A stretch of DNA of 64,000 nt, from contig CAVUXE010000033.1 of NCBI GenBank assembly GCA_963745235.1, positions 1-64,000 of the forward strand, in the 5' to 3' direction. The notes beneath the pieces were generated by a model. That model searched no databases and was not told the DNA's origin. It worked only from the letters and a program-made list of their open reading frames with translations. How positions within the stretch are numbered: position 1 is the first letter of the stretch; every line of letters begins with the position of its first letter. Shown one piece after another: positions 1-8,823 of the stretch. The stretch comes from an uncultured Spirochaetota bacterium. Lineage in GTDB: Bacteria > Spirochaetota > Spirochaetia > SZUA-6 > Fen-1364. The translations under genes and the position numbers were made by a program.

Positions 1-502
1 AACCCGCCTTGCGAGCGTGCGCAGGGGCAACCCCTTGTCAGTGACCGTGGTAAGGACTCGCGGATCGTAATTGCAGGGAATGTTCCCGATATTTTCCTCG
101 ATGAGCATGTTCACAATGGCCGTCAGAAACGCCACGTTTTTCTTCCTCCCTTTTTGCTTGTTCATCGGCGTTGGGCAGCCATGCGGACGCGCCCGGGCAA
201 TCTTCTTGTATTCGGCACTGGCTCGTTTCAAATCCATCAGCCGTGGTTTTACAAACTTGTTCAGAACCTCCGCACGGTGGTGAAAATACGCATCAAGCGA
301 GCGGGCCAAAGGCGTGGGGCTGTCATCTTTGTAACGCAGTTGGGCAGGGTCAGGTTCAGTTCCCAAAAGGCCTGGCACATTTCCAAAATGCTGGAACTTT
401 GATTGAACCGTCTCTGCTCGTGTACCCAATTTCCTGGCTGATCGTTCTGACACCAGCCCAGAACCGTTTTGGCAATCCAGCAAATTGAGAATTTGGCGTC
501 AT
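1..502 (-). CDS. Putative restriction endonuclease-like protein, N-terminal part (runs off window; frameshift near 360-400)
   Basis: Manual minus-strand translation gives MTPNSQFAGLPKRFWAGVRTISQEIGYT, then after a frame change ...DAYFHHRAEVLNKFVKPRLMD...PMNKQKGRKKNVAFLTAIVNMLIE...CNYDPRVLTTVTDKGLPLRTLARRV. The ATG overlaps the HTH gene stop (ATGA). The nuclease call is from recalled resemblance and context; the catalytic region lies outside the window. Confidence 0.5.
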
Positions 503-741
503 TTGAGCTTGGCCTCCCAACGTTCGACAACGCTCTGAAGGGGCACGCCAAGAGCGCGGCAAACCAGTCGCAACTCGGCCAAATCCATACGCCGCTCGCC
601 TGATTGGTCCTTGCTGACGAACGACTGGGGAACCTTGAGTTTCCGCGCCAATTCGGCTTGCATAAGGCCTCGCCCTGCCCGAAGCTCACGCAGCAGTTCT
701 CGAAGGCGTTGACTTTCTGGCGAATGTGCGGACGCTGACAT
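499..741 (-). CDS. XRE-family HTH protein, probable R-M controller (C) protein
   Basis: 80 aa with LRELRAGRGLMQAELARKLKVPQSFVSK..SGERRMDLAEL (HTH_3 pattern). Translationally coupled to the downstream nuclease-like gene. Confidence 0.8.
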   Translation of the reverse strand: MSASAHSPESQRLRELLRELRAGRGLMQAELARKLKVPQSFVSKDQSGERRMDLAELRLVCRALGVPLQSVVERWEAKLK

Positions 742-747
742 GGGCCA

Positions 748-790
748 ATGCTAACGAGGGTTGACAAATATGCCAAAAAAGGATATTCCA
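748..790. promoter_or_regulatory. Control region of the HTH gene: minus-strand -10-like TAGCAT and imperfect inverted repeat (C-box candidate)
   Basis: TAGCAT (748-753, minus) lies 6 nt before the ATG at 741. ATATGCC(768-774)-AAAAAA-GGATAT(781-786) is an imperfect dyad. TTGACA is at 761-766 on +. Confidence 0.4.
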
Positions 791-813
791 ATTTTGCCTG
801 AACGGGCTCCAGA

Positions 814-1511
814 TTGAAATGCCTGACCGCCGCCCCGGCACCCCCGGCGGTTCCCGCCGCCCCCCGAGCGACCCGCGCCGTGTCTATCGGGCCGAATATG
901 GGAATCATGCTCCGCCAGATGACCCGCGACTGGCAGCACATGTCAAGGATGGGAGGGTTTCGCGGTGCGGGGCCTTTTGCCGGCTTGCGAACGGAGGAGA
1001 AACTCGATGACGGGACACGGCTGAAAATGGATGCGCTGTACGCTCTCGGGGAGACCAGGGAGGACGACAGGTCGTTTTCAACGCTCAAAGAAGTCGCGCT
1101 CGACGAACGCCAGGTTCACCCCTTGCGGGAAGCGGCGATGGACGCTCTGTCGGGCTACACAAAGCATGACGTCCTTCCCGTCTTCATGGAGATTGCACAG
1201 AAGGATACAAGCCCGGACATCCAGGGCTTTGCCATCGACTATATCGGCGAGCACGGAACCGACAAGAATCAGCGCGTGAGCGTCCTCGCGGATCTCTTCC
1301 GGACACTCCCGAAGTCGCGCACCGACCAGCGGCAGGACGATCGTCGTATACGATCGCGGACGTCGGAAACGAGAAGGCTGTCGAATTTCTGAAAAAGGTG
1401 GCGCTCACCGACGAAGATTACGGTCTCCGGAGGGACGCAGTCTATTACCTCGGGAGCATCGGCGGAGAGAGCGCCCGGTCGGCACTGTATGAAATACTGA
1501 AGGGGCATTGA
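814..1511 (+). CDS. HEAT-repeat protein, 5'-truncated, frameshift near 1340
   Basis: Helical repeats DALYALGE, LREAAMDALS, FAIDYIGE; after the shift ..IADVGNEKAVEFLKKVALTDEDYGLRRDAVYYLGSIGGESARSALYEILKGH*. No convincing start or RBS. Confidence 0.7.
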
Positions 1512-1555
1512 GACACACCCCGATACACAGGCGCATAATCACAAGGAGGCACACG

Positions 1556-2400
1556 ATGAACGGAAGAGTCGTTGCGGCAGCACTGCTGATCATGCTCCTT
1601 GGGGCCGGAAATTCACCCGGCACGCAGAGGAGGGGTGAACGGGACGACGAACCCCGGGATGAACAACACGGGTGGCTCGGCGTCGGGATTCAGGACGTCA
1701 CCCCGCGGATCGCACGGGAGAAGGACCTCCATGTCAAATCCGGAGCCCTCGTCAACGAGCGTTACCGAAGGGAGCCCCGCTGAAAAGGCGGGAATCAGGG
1801 AGGATGACGTCATCGTGGAATTCAACGGCAAGACCATTGAGGAATCGGATGACCTCACTCGGCGGTCCGCGCGGCTCCCCCGGCGACAAGGCGAGCGTCA
1901 CATTCTACCGCGGAGCGGAGAAGAAGAGCAGTCAGGTCACACTGGGCAAAGCTCCGCGCAGGGATTTCGCATTCTCGTTTCGCGGCCCCGGGCAGCTCCG
2001 GGATCCCCCGATCGGCCCGCCCTCCGTCTCCGGATGTTCCGTCCGGCGGGATGCTGGGACTGACGCTCAGCGACCTGAACCGGCAGCTCGGCGAGTACTT
2101 CGGCGCGCCGAAAGGGAGGGGGGTGCTTGTTCAGGAGGTTGACCGGAAGAGTGCAGGCGAAAGGGCCGGGTTCAAGCGGGAGACGTCATCCTGAAAGCGG
2201 GGAAAGAGGATGTCGAAACGGTGGAAGATATCATGGATGCTCTCCGCGGACTGACAAAGGGGGACAGCACTGGCATTCGGCATTCTGCGGAAAGGCGCGC
2301 AGATGACGCTCACGGCCGAACCGGACGGGCGGGAGCGACAACAGGTGGAACGGATTCCGGTCGTCCGAGTTGAACGGTGATGCGCCCCTGGGAATCGAGC
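1556..2400 (+). CDS. Secreted tandem PDZ-domain protein (several frameshifts, 3' end uncertain)
   Basis: AAGGAGG RBS and a signal-like N-terminus. PDZ motifs GWLGVGIQDVT, GSPAEKAGIREDDVIVEFNG, LGLTLSDLNRQLGEYFG..GVLVQEVD and GDVILKAG are spread over three frames. Confidence 0.75.
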
Positions 2401-2409
2401 GGAATTCGC

Positions 2410-3303
2410 TCGAGCGCGCAGGTGACTGGCGGGCAGTCGGCTTTCCACGTTGGACCCGGGCAGAAGGCCGATATCCCCGCTTCGGGTCCCGATGCATATC
2501 AGATCTCCAGCGCGCCTCCGCCTGACTCCTGGGACCAGTGGGTTTCCGAACGCGACTCCCGGCAGGACCGGGTCGCCTCCACGCGGTACGTCTCCAGCGA
2601 GATGGACGGCGTGGGTGATCTGGATGAGTACGGCAGCTGGAGCGTGGTGGCAGGCTACGGTCCTGTCTGGTTCCCCACGACGGTGGCCGTCGGCTGGGCG
2701 CCGTATTCGTTCGGGCATTGGGTCTGGGTGGATCCGTGGGGTTGGACCTGGGTTGACAATGAGCCATGGGGGTTTGCTCCCTTCCACTACGGACGATGGG
2801 CCTTCCTCGCGGGCGGCTGGTGCTGGGTACCGGGACGCATTGTCGCCCGTCCGGTCTACGCCCCTGCTCTCGTGAGGTGGGTCGGAGGCTCGCCGCTGCG
2901 CGGCAACCCGCCTGACCAGGCGCGCATGAGCTGGGTGCCGCTGCGGCCCCGGCAGGCGTTCCATCCCTGGTACAGCGCAAGCGGGACGTACCTGCGGGCG
3001 GTGAACGGAGCTCCCGTCAGGCCGACATACGAGCCGGGTGTTGTTGCACGGACGCCAGACGGACCCGAGCGGATTGCTCCGCAGCGTCCCATGATAGCGA
3101 ACGAGTACCGCCCTCACTGGGTCGCCGGCGGGCCGCGGGAAAGGGCCCCCAGGCCCTGGGTGCAGCCCAGACCTTCGTACGCGTCCGGCGGCGCTGCCCC
3201 GCCGTACAGGCAGCCGGCAGATGTCAGGCAAGCGCCAGGAAGGTTCCCGCAACCGGGAACCGGTGACCAGAATCCTGAGCTTTGGCGGCGCGAGGGCCGA
3301 TAG
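2410..3303 (+). CDS. DUF6600 (FecR-associated) protein, lacking its N-terminal part
   Basis: DLDEYGSW..YGPVW.P..V.VGWAPY..GHWVWVDPWGWTWVDNEPWGFAPFHYGRW, followed by a Pro/Arg-rich tail. Confidence 0.75.
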   Translation, partial: SSAQVTGGQSAFHVGPGQKADIPASGPDAYQISSAPPPDSWDQWVSERDSRQDRVASTRYVSSEMDGVGDLDEYGSWSVVAGYGPVWFPTTVAVGWAPYSFGHWVWVDPWGWTWVDNEPWGFAPFHYGRWAFLAGGWCWVPGRIVARPVYAPALVRWVGGSPLRGNPPDQARMSWVPLRPRQAFHPWYSASGTYLRAVNGAPVRPTYEPGVVARTPDGPERIAPQRPMIANEYRPHWVAGGPRERAPRPWVQPRPSYASGGAAPPYRQPADVRQAPGRFPQPGTGDQNPELWRREGR

Positions 3304-3401
3304 CGGCCTTTCGGCCATCCACCACTGGGAGGCCCTCGGCCGACCTCGTATGGTCGGCCTTTCGGCCATCCCTGGCCTTGGCCGACCGCGACATCCCTGT
3401 C
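3304..3401. repeat. REP-like palindromic cluster
   Basis: Direct repeat CGGCCTTTCGGCCATCC at 3304-3320 and 3355-3371. Hairpins GGCCATCCCTGGCC (3364-3377) and GACATCCCTGTC (3390-3401). GGTCGGCC (3352-3359) can pair with 3338-3345 or 3380-3387. Confidence 0.6.
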
Positions 3402-3439
3402 TATGGACATCGGCTGCCGCGTCTGCTTAAATCCTCCCG

Positions 3440-4813
3440 ATGCACGCGCAAGCGGCGGCGCCCGGAGACCTCTCCGGCAAGATCGCCCGGATGTGGGAGC
3501 TTTCGGCCCGGAAAATCCGCGCCATCGAGGCCTCCTATGACCCGGCAAAAGGGGCACCCGTATTTACCGTGGAGGGAAAGTGGACCTCGCGGGGATGGAC
3601 GGAGTGGACGCAGGGCTTCCAGTACGGTTCCGCCCTCCTGCAGTTCGATGCAACGGGGGACCCGGAGTTCCTGGAGATCGGCAGGAGCAACACGCGGGAG
3701 CGAATGGCCCCTCATCTCACGCACATGGGGGTCCATGACCACGGCTTCAACAACGTCAGCACCTACGGGGCGCTGCTGAGGCTGATGAATGAGGGCCGCA
3801 TCCCGTACAACGAGTGGGAGAAGTCCTTCTATGAAATGGCGCTCACGGCAAGCGGCGCCGTGCAGGCGCGCAGGTGGACTCGGATCGCCGGAGGGGGAGG
3901 GTTCATCTACTCCTTCAACGGGCCCCACTCGCTCTTCGTGGACACGATCAGGTCCCTGAGATCGCTTGCCGTCTCGCATTCCCTCGGGCATGTGCTCCTG
4001 GAAGAGAATGACCTGCGCGTCTCGCTCCTGGTGCGGCTTCTGCAGCACGCCGCGGCCACGGCCCGATACTCCGTGTACTACGGGGAGGGCCGTGACGCCT
4101 ATGACGTGCCGGGTCGCGTGGCGCATGAATCGATCTTCAATTCGAATGACGGGAGCTATCGATGCCCCGGCACGCAGCAGGGCTGGTCCCCTTTCAGCAC
4201 GTGGACGCGGGGGCTCGCCTGGGCAATCCTCGGGTTCGCGGAGGAGCTCGAGTACCTGGGGAGCCTGGAAGAGCGGGAGCTTTCCGCGGCAGGCGGCGGC
4301 AGGGAGACCCTTTCCGCTCTGGAGCGGGCGCTCCACGTAACCGCGGACTTCTACATCGCCAATACGGCGAAGGATGGAATCTCCTACTGGGACACCGGAG
4401 CGCCCGGGCTGGACAAGCTGGGCGCATGGCGGGACGTCCCCGCGGATCCGTTCAACGACAGCGAGCCGGTGGACAGCTCCGCCGCGGCAATCGCCTGCCA
4501 GGGGCTTCTGCGCTGCGGATCGTGGCTTGCCGCCTCTGGCAGCGCGGAGGCCGGCAGGTACACGGGCGCCGGAATGGCCGTGCTGTCGAGGCTCCTGGAA
4601 GAGCCTTACCTCAGCACCCGGGATGAGCACCAGGGGCTGCTCCTGCATTCCGTCTACCATCGTCCCAACGGCTGGGACCACGTGCCCGCCGGGAGGCGAG
4701 TCCCGTGCGGAGAATCCAGCATGTGGGGGGACTATCATGTGCGGGAGGCAGCCCTGTGCGCGCAGCGCATGATCAACGGCAGCGCCCCGCTCCTGTTCTG
4801 GAAAAAGGAGTGA
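3440..4813 (+). CDS. Glycoside hydrolase family 88-like (unsaturated glucuronyl hydrolase-like)
   Basis: WTEWTQGF, HDHGFN, STWTRGLAWA, YWDTGAP, VDSSAAAIA and SMWGDY motifs. Confidence 0.8.
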   Translation: MHAQAAAPGDLSGKIARMWELSARKIRAIEASYDPAKGAPVFTVEGKWTSRGWTEWTQGFQYGSALLQFDATGDPEFLEIGRSNTRERMAPHLTHMGVHDHGFNNVSTYGALLRLMNEGRIPYNEWEKSFYEMALTASGAVQARRWTRIAGGGGFIYSFNGPHSLFVDTIRSLRSLAVSHSLGHVLLEENDLRVSLLVRLLQHAAATARYSVYYGEGRDAYDVPGRVAHESIFNSNDGSYRCPGTQQGWSPFSTWTRGLAWAILGFAEELEYLGSLEERELSAAGGGRETLSALERALHVTADFYIANTAKDGISYWDTGAPGLDKLGAWRDVPADPFNDSEPVDSSAAAIACQGLLRCGSWLAASGSAEAGRYTGAGMAVLSRLLEEPYLSTRDEHQGLLLHSVYHRPNGWDHVPAGRRVPCGESSMWGDYHVREAALCAQRMINGSAPLLFWKKE

Positions 4814-4819
4814 ATCAGC

Positions 4820-5264
4820 ATGACAACGGCAGATCTCTCGAAGATAGCCGGCCGGGCATATCCCGCGGGGCGCAGGACTCAGAACCTCGCGGGTGGCGCG
4901 TCCCCGATCCAGGCGAAGAACTTCTGCATGGGATTCGTGACCCTGGATCCTGACGGCGGGCAGGTGCCGTGGCACAGCCACGACCAGGAGGAAGTGTACT
5001 TCATCGTGTCCGGGCACGGGGGAGGCATGTCTCGGTGATGAACGCTCCGTGGTCACGCACGGCCAGGCCCTCTATGTCCCCCCCACTGTCTTTCACCAGC
5101 TCACCAATATCGGTCCTGGGCCCATGACCATGCTGTACGTCTATGGCCCGCCGGGCGAGGTCGCACACTGGCGCCAGGAGCTGGATGGATCGCTTCCCAG
5201 GGCCGGAGAGGATGCTCCCCCGTTGCCCCTGGGGGCCCGGCCGCAGCGAACAGGGGCCGCGTGA
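4820..5264 (+). CDS. Cupin-domain protein (frameshift near 5020-5040)
   Basis: PWHSHDQEEVYFIVSG in ORF 4820-5038 and YVPPTVFHQLTN in ORF 5049-5264 form cupin motifs 1 and 2. Confidence 0.8.
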
Positions 5265-6421
5265 TGGGAACACAGGCCATCGGCATCATCATGAACGGGG
5301 TCACCGGGCGCATGGGCATGAACCAGCACCTCCTGCGCTCCATTGTGCCAATCATGAAGCAGGGCGGAGTCCGCGGGGCCGGGGATGCCGTCCTCATGCC
5401 CGAGCCGCTGCTGGTGGGCCGCAACCCCGAAAAGCTGGAAAGCGTGGCGCGCTCCGCGGGGATATCCCGCTGGAGCACCGACCTGGATGCGGCGCTCTCG
5501 GACAAGAAGATGGCCGTCTACTTCGACGCGCAAACCACCCTGCTTCGCGCGCCTTGCGTTTTGAGAGCCATCGAGGCAGGCAAGCACGTGTACTGCGAGA
5601 AGCCTACCGCCACAAAGACCCGGGAGGCGTTCGCGCTGTATCAGAAGGCTGCCAGGAAGGGAGTGAAGAACGGCGTCGTCCAGGACAAGCTGTGGCTGCC
5701 CGGCCTCATGAAGCTGGCCGACCTGAAGGCTCGCGGCTTCTTTGGCCGCATCCTGTCCGTGCGCGGTGAGTTCGGCTACTGGGTGTTCGAGGGAGACCAG
5801 ATCCCGGCGCAACGACCGTCCTGGAACTACAAGAAGGAAGAGGGCGGGGGGATCGTGATGGACATGCTGTGCCACTGGCGCTACGTCCTTGATAACCTGT
5901 TCGGAAACGTGAAAGCGGTCTCCTGCCTTGCAACGACGCACGTTCCCGAGCGGTGGGATGAAAAAGGCGCCGCCTACAGGCCCACGGCGGACGACTCCGC
6001 CTACAGCACCTTTGAGCTGGAAGGCGGAATCATTGCTCACTTCAACTCTTCCTGGGATGTTCGTGTTCGCAGGGATGACCTCCTGACCCTGCAGGTGGAC
6101 GGGACCCTCGGCTCCGCCGTGGCGGGCCTGCGTGATTGCTGGATCCAACCATACGGCGCGACTCCCCGGCCCATCTGGAACCCTGACATTCCCAACCCCT
6201 TGGATTTCTTCGCCTCGTGGCAGAAGGTGCCCGAGCAGAGACAGTACGACAACGCCTTCAAGACGCAATGGGAGCTTTTCCTGAGGCACGTTGGGCTGGA
6301 TGAGCCCTTCCGATGGTCCTTGCTGGAGGGCGCCAAGGGTGTGCAGCTTGCGGAGCTGGGACTGGAATCTTCACAGAAGCGAGCCTGGGTGGACGTGCCT
6401 GACCTGGAAAAGGCCGACTGA
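5261..6421 (+). CDS. Gfo/Idh/MocA family oxidoreductase
   Basis: NGVTGRMG Rossmann motif, GKHVYCEKP, GGGIVMDMLCHW. Confidence 0.9.
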   Translation: MMGTQAIGIIMNGVTGRMGMNQHLLRSIVPIMKQGGVRGAGDAVLMPEPLLVGRNPEKLESVARSAGISRWSTDLDAALSDKKMAVYFDAQTTLLRAPCVLRAIEAGKHVYCEKPTATKTREAFALYQKAARKGVKNGVVQDKLWLPGLMKLADLKARGFFGRILSVRGEFGYWVFEGDQIPAQRPSWNYKKEEGGGIVMDMLCHWRYVLDNLFGNVKAVSCLATTHVPERWDEKGAAYRPTADDSAYSTFELEGGIIAHFNSSWDVRVRRDDLLTLQVDGTLGSAVAGLRDCWIQPYGATPRPIWNPDIPNPLDFFASWQKVPEQRQYDNAFKTQWELFLRHVGLDEPFRWSLLEGAKGVQLAELGLESSQKRAWVDVPDLEKAD

Positions 6422-7245
6422 TGGCCGTTCAACCCGCAGCTACCCAACCCGCAGCTACCCAACCCGCAGCCGCTCGGACGGGAGGTCCCCGCGTCGCGCT
6501 GGTAACGGGAGGGACCCGCGGCATTGGCCTGGGCTGCGCCGAGGCGCTTGCAAAAGAGGGATGGAGCCTTGCCGTCTGCGGTGTCCGCTCGGAGACCGAG
6601 GCGCAGAGCGGACTGGAAAAGCTCACCGGGGCAGGCGCGGATGTCCTCTATTCCCAGGTCGACATCGGTGATGACGATGCGCCCCGGCAGCTGCTCGCGG
6701 ACATCCGCGGGCGTTACGGCAGGCTCGACCTGCTGGTGAACAATGCCGGCGTTGCTCCCACGGAAAGAAACGACATCCTGGAAGCCTCACGCGAAAGTTT
6801 CGACAGGCTTATGAGGATAAACCTCCGCGGTCCCTATTTCCTGACGCAGGCCGCGGCGAGATACATGCTGGAAGACGGTGAGCGCGGCGGCAAGTGCATC
6901 GTCTTCATCACATCGATGTCCGCCACGGTGGCTTCCATCAACCGCGGCGAGTACTGCATCTCCAAGGCGGGCCTCAGCATGGCGAGCCTCCTGTGGGCCA
7001 CGCGGCTTGCGCAGGAAGGCATCAACGTCTACGAGGTGAGGCCCGGCATCATCCGGACCGACATGACGTCAGGAGTGGCCGCGAAATACGATGCTCTGAT
7101 CAACGGCGGCCTGACCCTGCAGAAGCGGTGGGGATCTCCCCTGGATGTCGGCCGCGCGGTTGCGATGCTGGCGCGCGGAGATCTCCCCTATTCCACGGGC
7201 CAGGTCATCCTGGTGGACGGCGGCTTGACCGTCCAGCGCCTGTAG
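6421..7245 (+). CDS. Short-chain dehydrogenase/reductase (3-ketoacyl-ACP reductase-like)
   Basis: TGGTRGIG, NNAG, YCISK, PGIIRTDM. Confidence 0.9.
   Translation: MAVQPAATQPAATQPAAARTGGPRVALVTGGTRGIGLGCAEALAKEGWSLAVCGVRSETEAQSGLEKLTGAGADVLYSQVDIGDDDAPRQLLADIRGRYGRLDLLVNNAGVAPTERNDILEASRESFDRLMRINLRGPYFLTQAAARYMLEDGERGGKCIVFITSMSATVASINRGEYCISKAGLSMASLLWATRLAQEGINVYEVRPGIIRTDMTSGVAAKYDALINGGLTLQKRWGSPLDVGRAVAMLARGDLPYSTGQVILVDGGLTVQRL
6430..6471 (+). repeat. 15-bp tandem repeat CAACCCGCAGCTACC (~2.8 copies) encoding QPAAT
   Basis: Read directly at the 5' end of the SDR gene. Confidence 0.85.
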
Positions 7246-7248
7246 ACC

Positions 7249-8823
7249 CTACGAGCCCTGCAGGATATCCGCGGCCCGCTCCGCGATCATGATGGTGGTG
7301 GCGTTCGTGTTGCAGCGCACGATCTCCGGCATGAGGGAAGCGTCGGCCACGAACAGCCCGTCGGTGTCCAGCACGCGGCACTGCGGGTCCACGACGGCCA
7401 TCGGGTCCTCGGGGGACCCCATGCGGCACGTTCCCACGGGGTGAAAGTACTGGGAGCACTGGGCCAGGATTGCCTGCTCCAGGTCATCGTCCCCCGTGAA
7501 GGAGCCCACGGGCCTTCCGTCCGCGCCTCGCGGTGCGAGCTTCGCCTCACCGTCGATGACCTCTTTCATCGGGGCTTTCTGGACGAGCTCGAAGAGGTGC
7601 CGCACGCCCTGGCGCACGCGCGCCATATCCCGCTTGTCGGAAAGCATCCCCCCATTGACGAAGGGGCACTGCAGGGGATCTGCCGACTCCACGTCGATCC
7701 TTCCCGTCGAGAACACGGACCCGAGCCCCATCACGAGCCCGCCGGTTTCCCGCGCTGCCTCGTTGGTGCCAATGAAGCACTGGGTGTGGACGTTCAGGTC
7801 GTTCCTCAGGCTGTCCGGCGTGTCCGACGTCCACAGGAGAAGGATCGAAGAGAAGAAGTCCCGCGGCGCCGGCTCGGGAGCGCGGTACTTCTCCTTCAGC
7901 CGGAAGGTCACGGTGAGGAGAGGGTGATCGTAAAGCCTGCCCACACCGGGTCGGTCGCTCACGAGCGCTGCCCCCAGGCGCCGGACCTGGGCCGCGGGGC
8001 CAATTCCTGATCGAAGCAGCACCCCCGGCGTGAAGACGGCCCCGGCGCAGAGGATCACGCGACCAGCGTTGAAGACCTCCTCCTTGCCGGAAACGAGCGC
8101 GCGGACGCCTGTTGCCTTCCTCCCGTCGAAGATCACCTTGTCTACCAGGGCGTCCCCCCTGATGGAGAGGTTCTCGCGCTCCCGCGCGGGCTCCAGGTAG
8201 GCGTCGTTCGTCGACACCCGGCTCCCGTGCAGGACGTTGTAGGGAACCACGGTGATGCCCGTGGAGCCGGGAGCGTTGAAGTCCAGGTCCGCGGATTCCA
8301 GGTGCCCGTGCTCGGAGGCCGCCGCGTGGAAGGCCAGGTCGAGGGGTTTCCACACCTCGCGGGGCGGGCGCCAGACGGGGATGGGACCGCTTTTCCCGTG
8401 CCAGGGACGGTCCGCGAAATCCAGGTCCCGCTCTGCCTTCGTGAAGTAGTCGAGGACTTCCTTCCCGGACCAGCCCCGGCATCCCAGCGCTTCCCACCTG
8501 TCGAAGTCGGAGAGGGGAGGGCGGACGTAGAACAGCGCGTTGACCGTGGATCCTCCCCCCAGGCCCCGTCCAACGAAGTACTGCTCGGGTTTTTTCGCGT
8601 CCGTCAGCCGGCCTTTCAAGTCCTGCCAGAAGAAGTCCGGCCTGCCGAACGCGTGGAAGAAGTTGAGGCTGCGGATCTCCGCGGGCGCCTCGGCGCTTCG
8701 CCAGTCTCTTCCCGCCTCCAGGAGGAGGACGGAAGAGCGCCCTCCTTCGCTGAGGCGGCTTGCGAGCACGCTCCCGGCGGAACCCCCGCCCACCACCAGG
8801 TAATCCCAGGTGCGCGCTTTCAT
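7249..8823 (-). CDS. GMC oxidoreductase (choline dehydrogenase-like)
   Basis: Starts MKARTWDYLVVGGGSAG; GRGLGGGSTVN, FHPVGTCRMG, ADASLMP..NTNA. The start overlaps the ALDH stop. Confidence 0.9.
   Translation of the reverse strand: MKARTWDYLVVGGGSAGSVLASRLSEGGRSSVLLLEAGRDWRSAEAPAEIRSLNFFHAFGRPDFFWQDLKGRLTDAKKPEQYFVGRGLGGGSTVNALFYVRPPLSDFDRWEALGCRGWSGKEVLDYFTKAERDLDFADRPWHGKSGPIPVWRPPREVWKPLDLAFHAAASEHGHLESADLDFNAPGSTGITVVPYNVLHGSRVSTNDAYLEPARERENLSIRGDALVDKVIFDGRKATGVRALVSGKEEVFNAGRVILCAGAVFTPGVLLRSGIGPAAQVRRLGAALVSDRPGVGRLYDHPLLTVTFRLKEKYRAPEPAPRDFFSSILLLWTSDTPDSLRNDLNVHTQCFIGTNEAARETGGLVMGLGSVFSTGRIDVESADPLQCPFVNGGMLSDKRDMARVRQGVRHLFELVQKAPMKEVIDGEAKLAPRGADGRPVGSFTGDDDLEQAILAQCSQYFHPVGTCRMGSPEDPMAVVDPQCRVLDTDGLFVADASLMPEIVRCNTNATTIMIAERAADILQGS

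Noticed and set aside
3304-3401. Possible mini-CRISPR (17-bp repeat twice, 34 bp apart)
   Set aside because: Only two short copies, the spacer itself is palindromic, and there are no cas genes; better explained as REP-like.
3401-5056. 551-aa antisense ORF over the GH88 gene
   Set aside because: Shadow frame of a high-GC gene; no motifs, and the sense strand has the recognisable protein.
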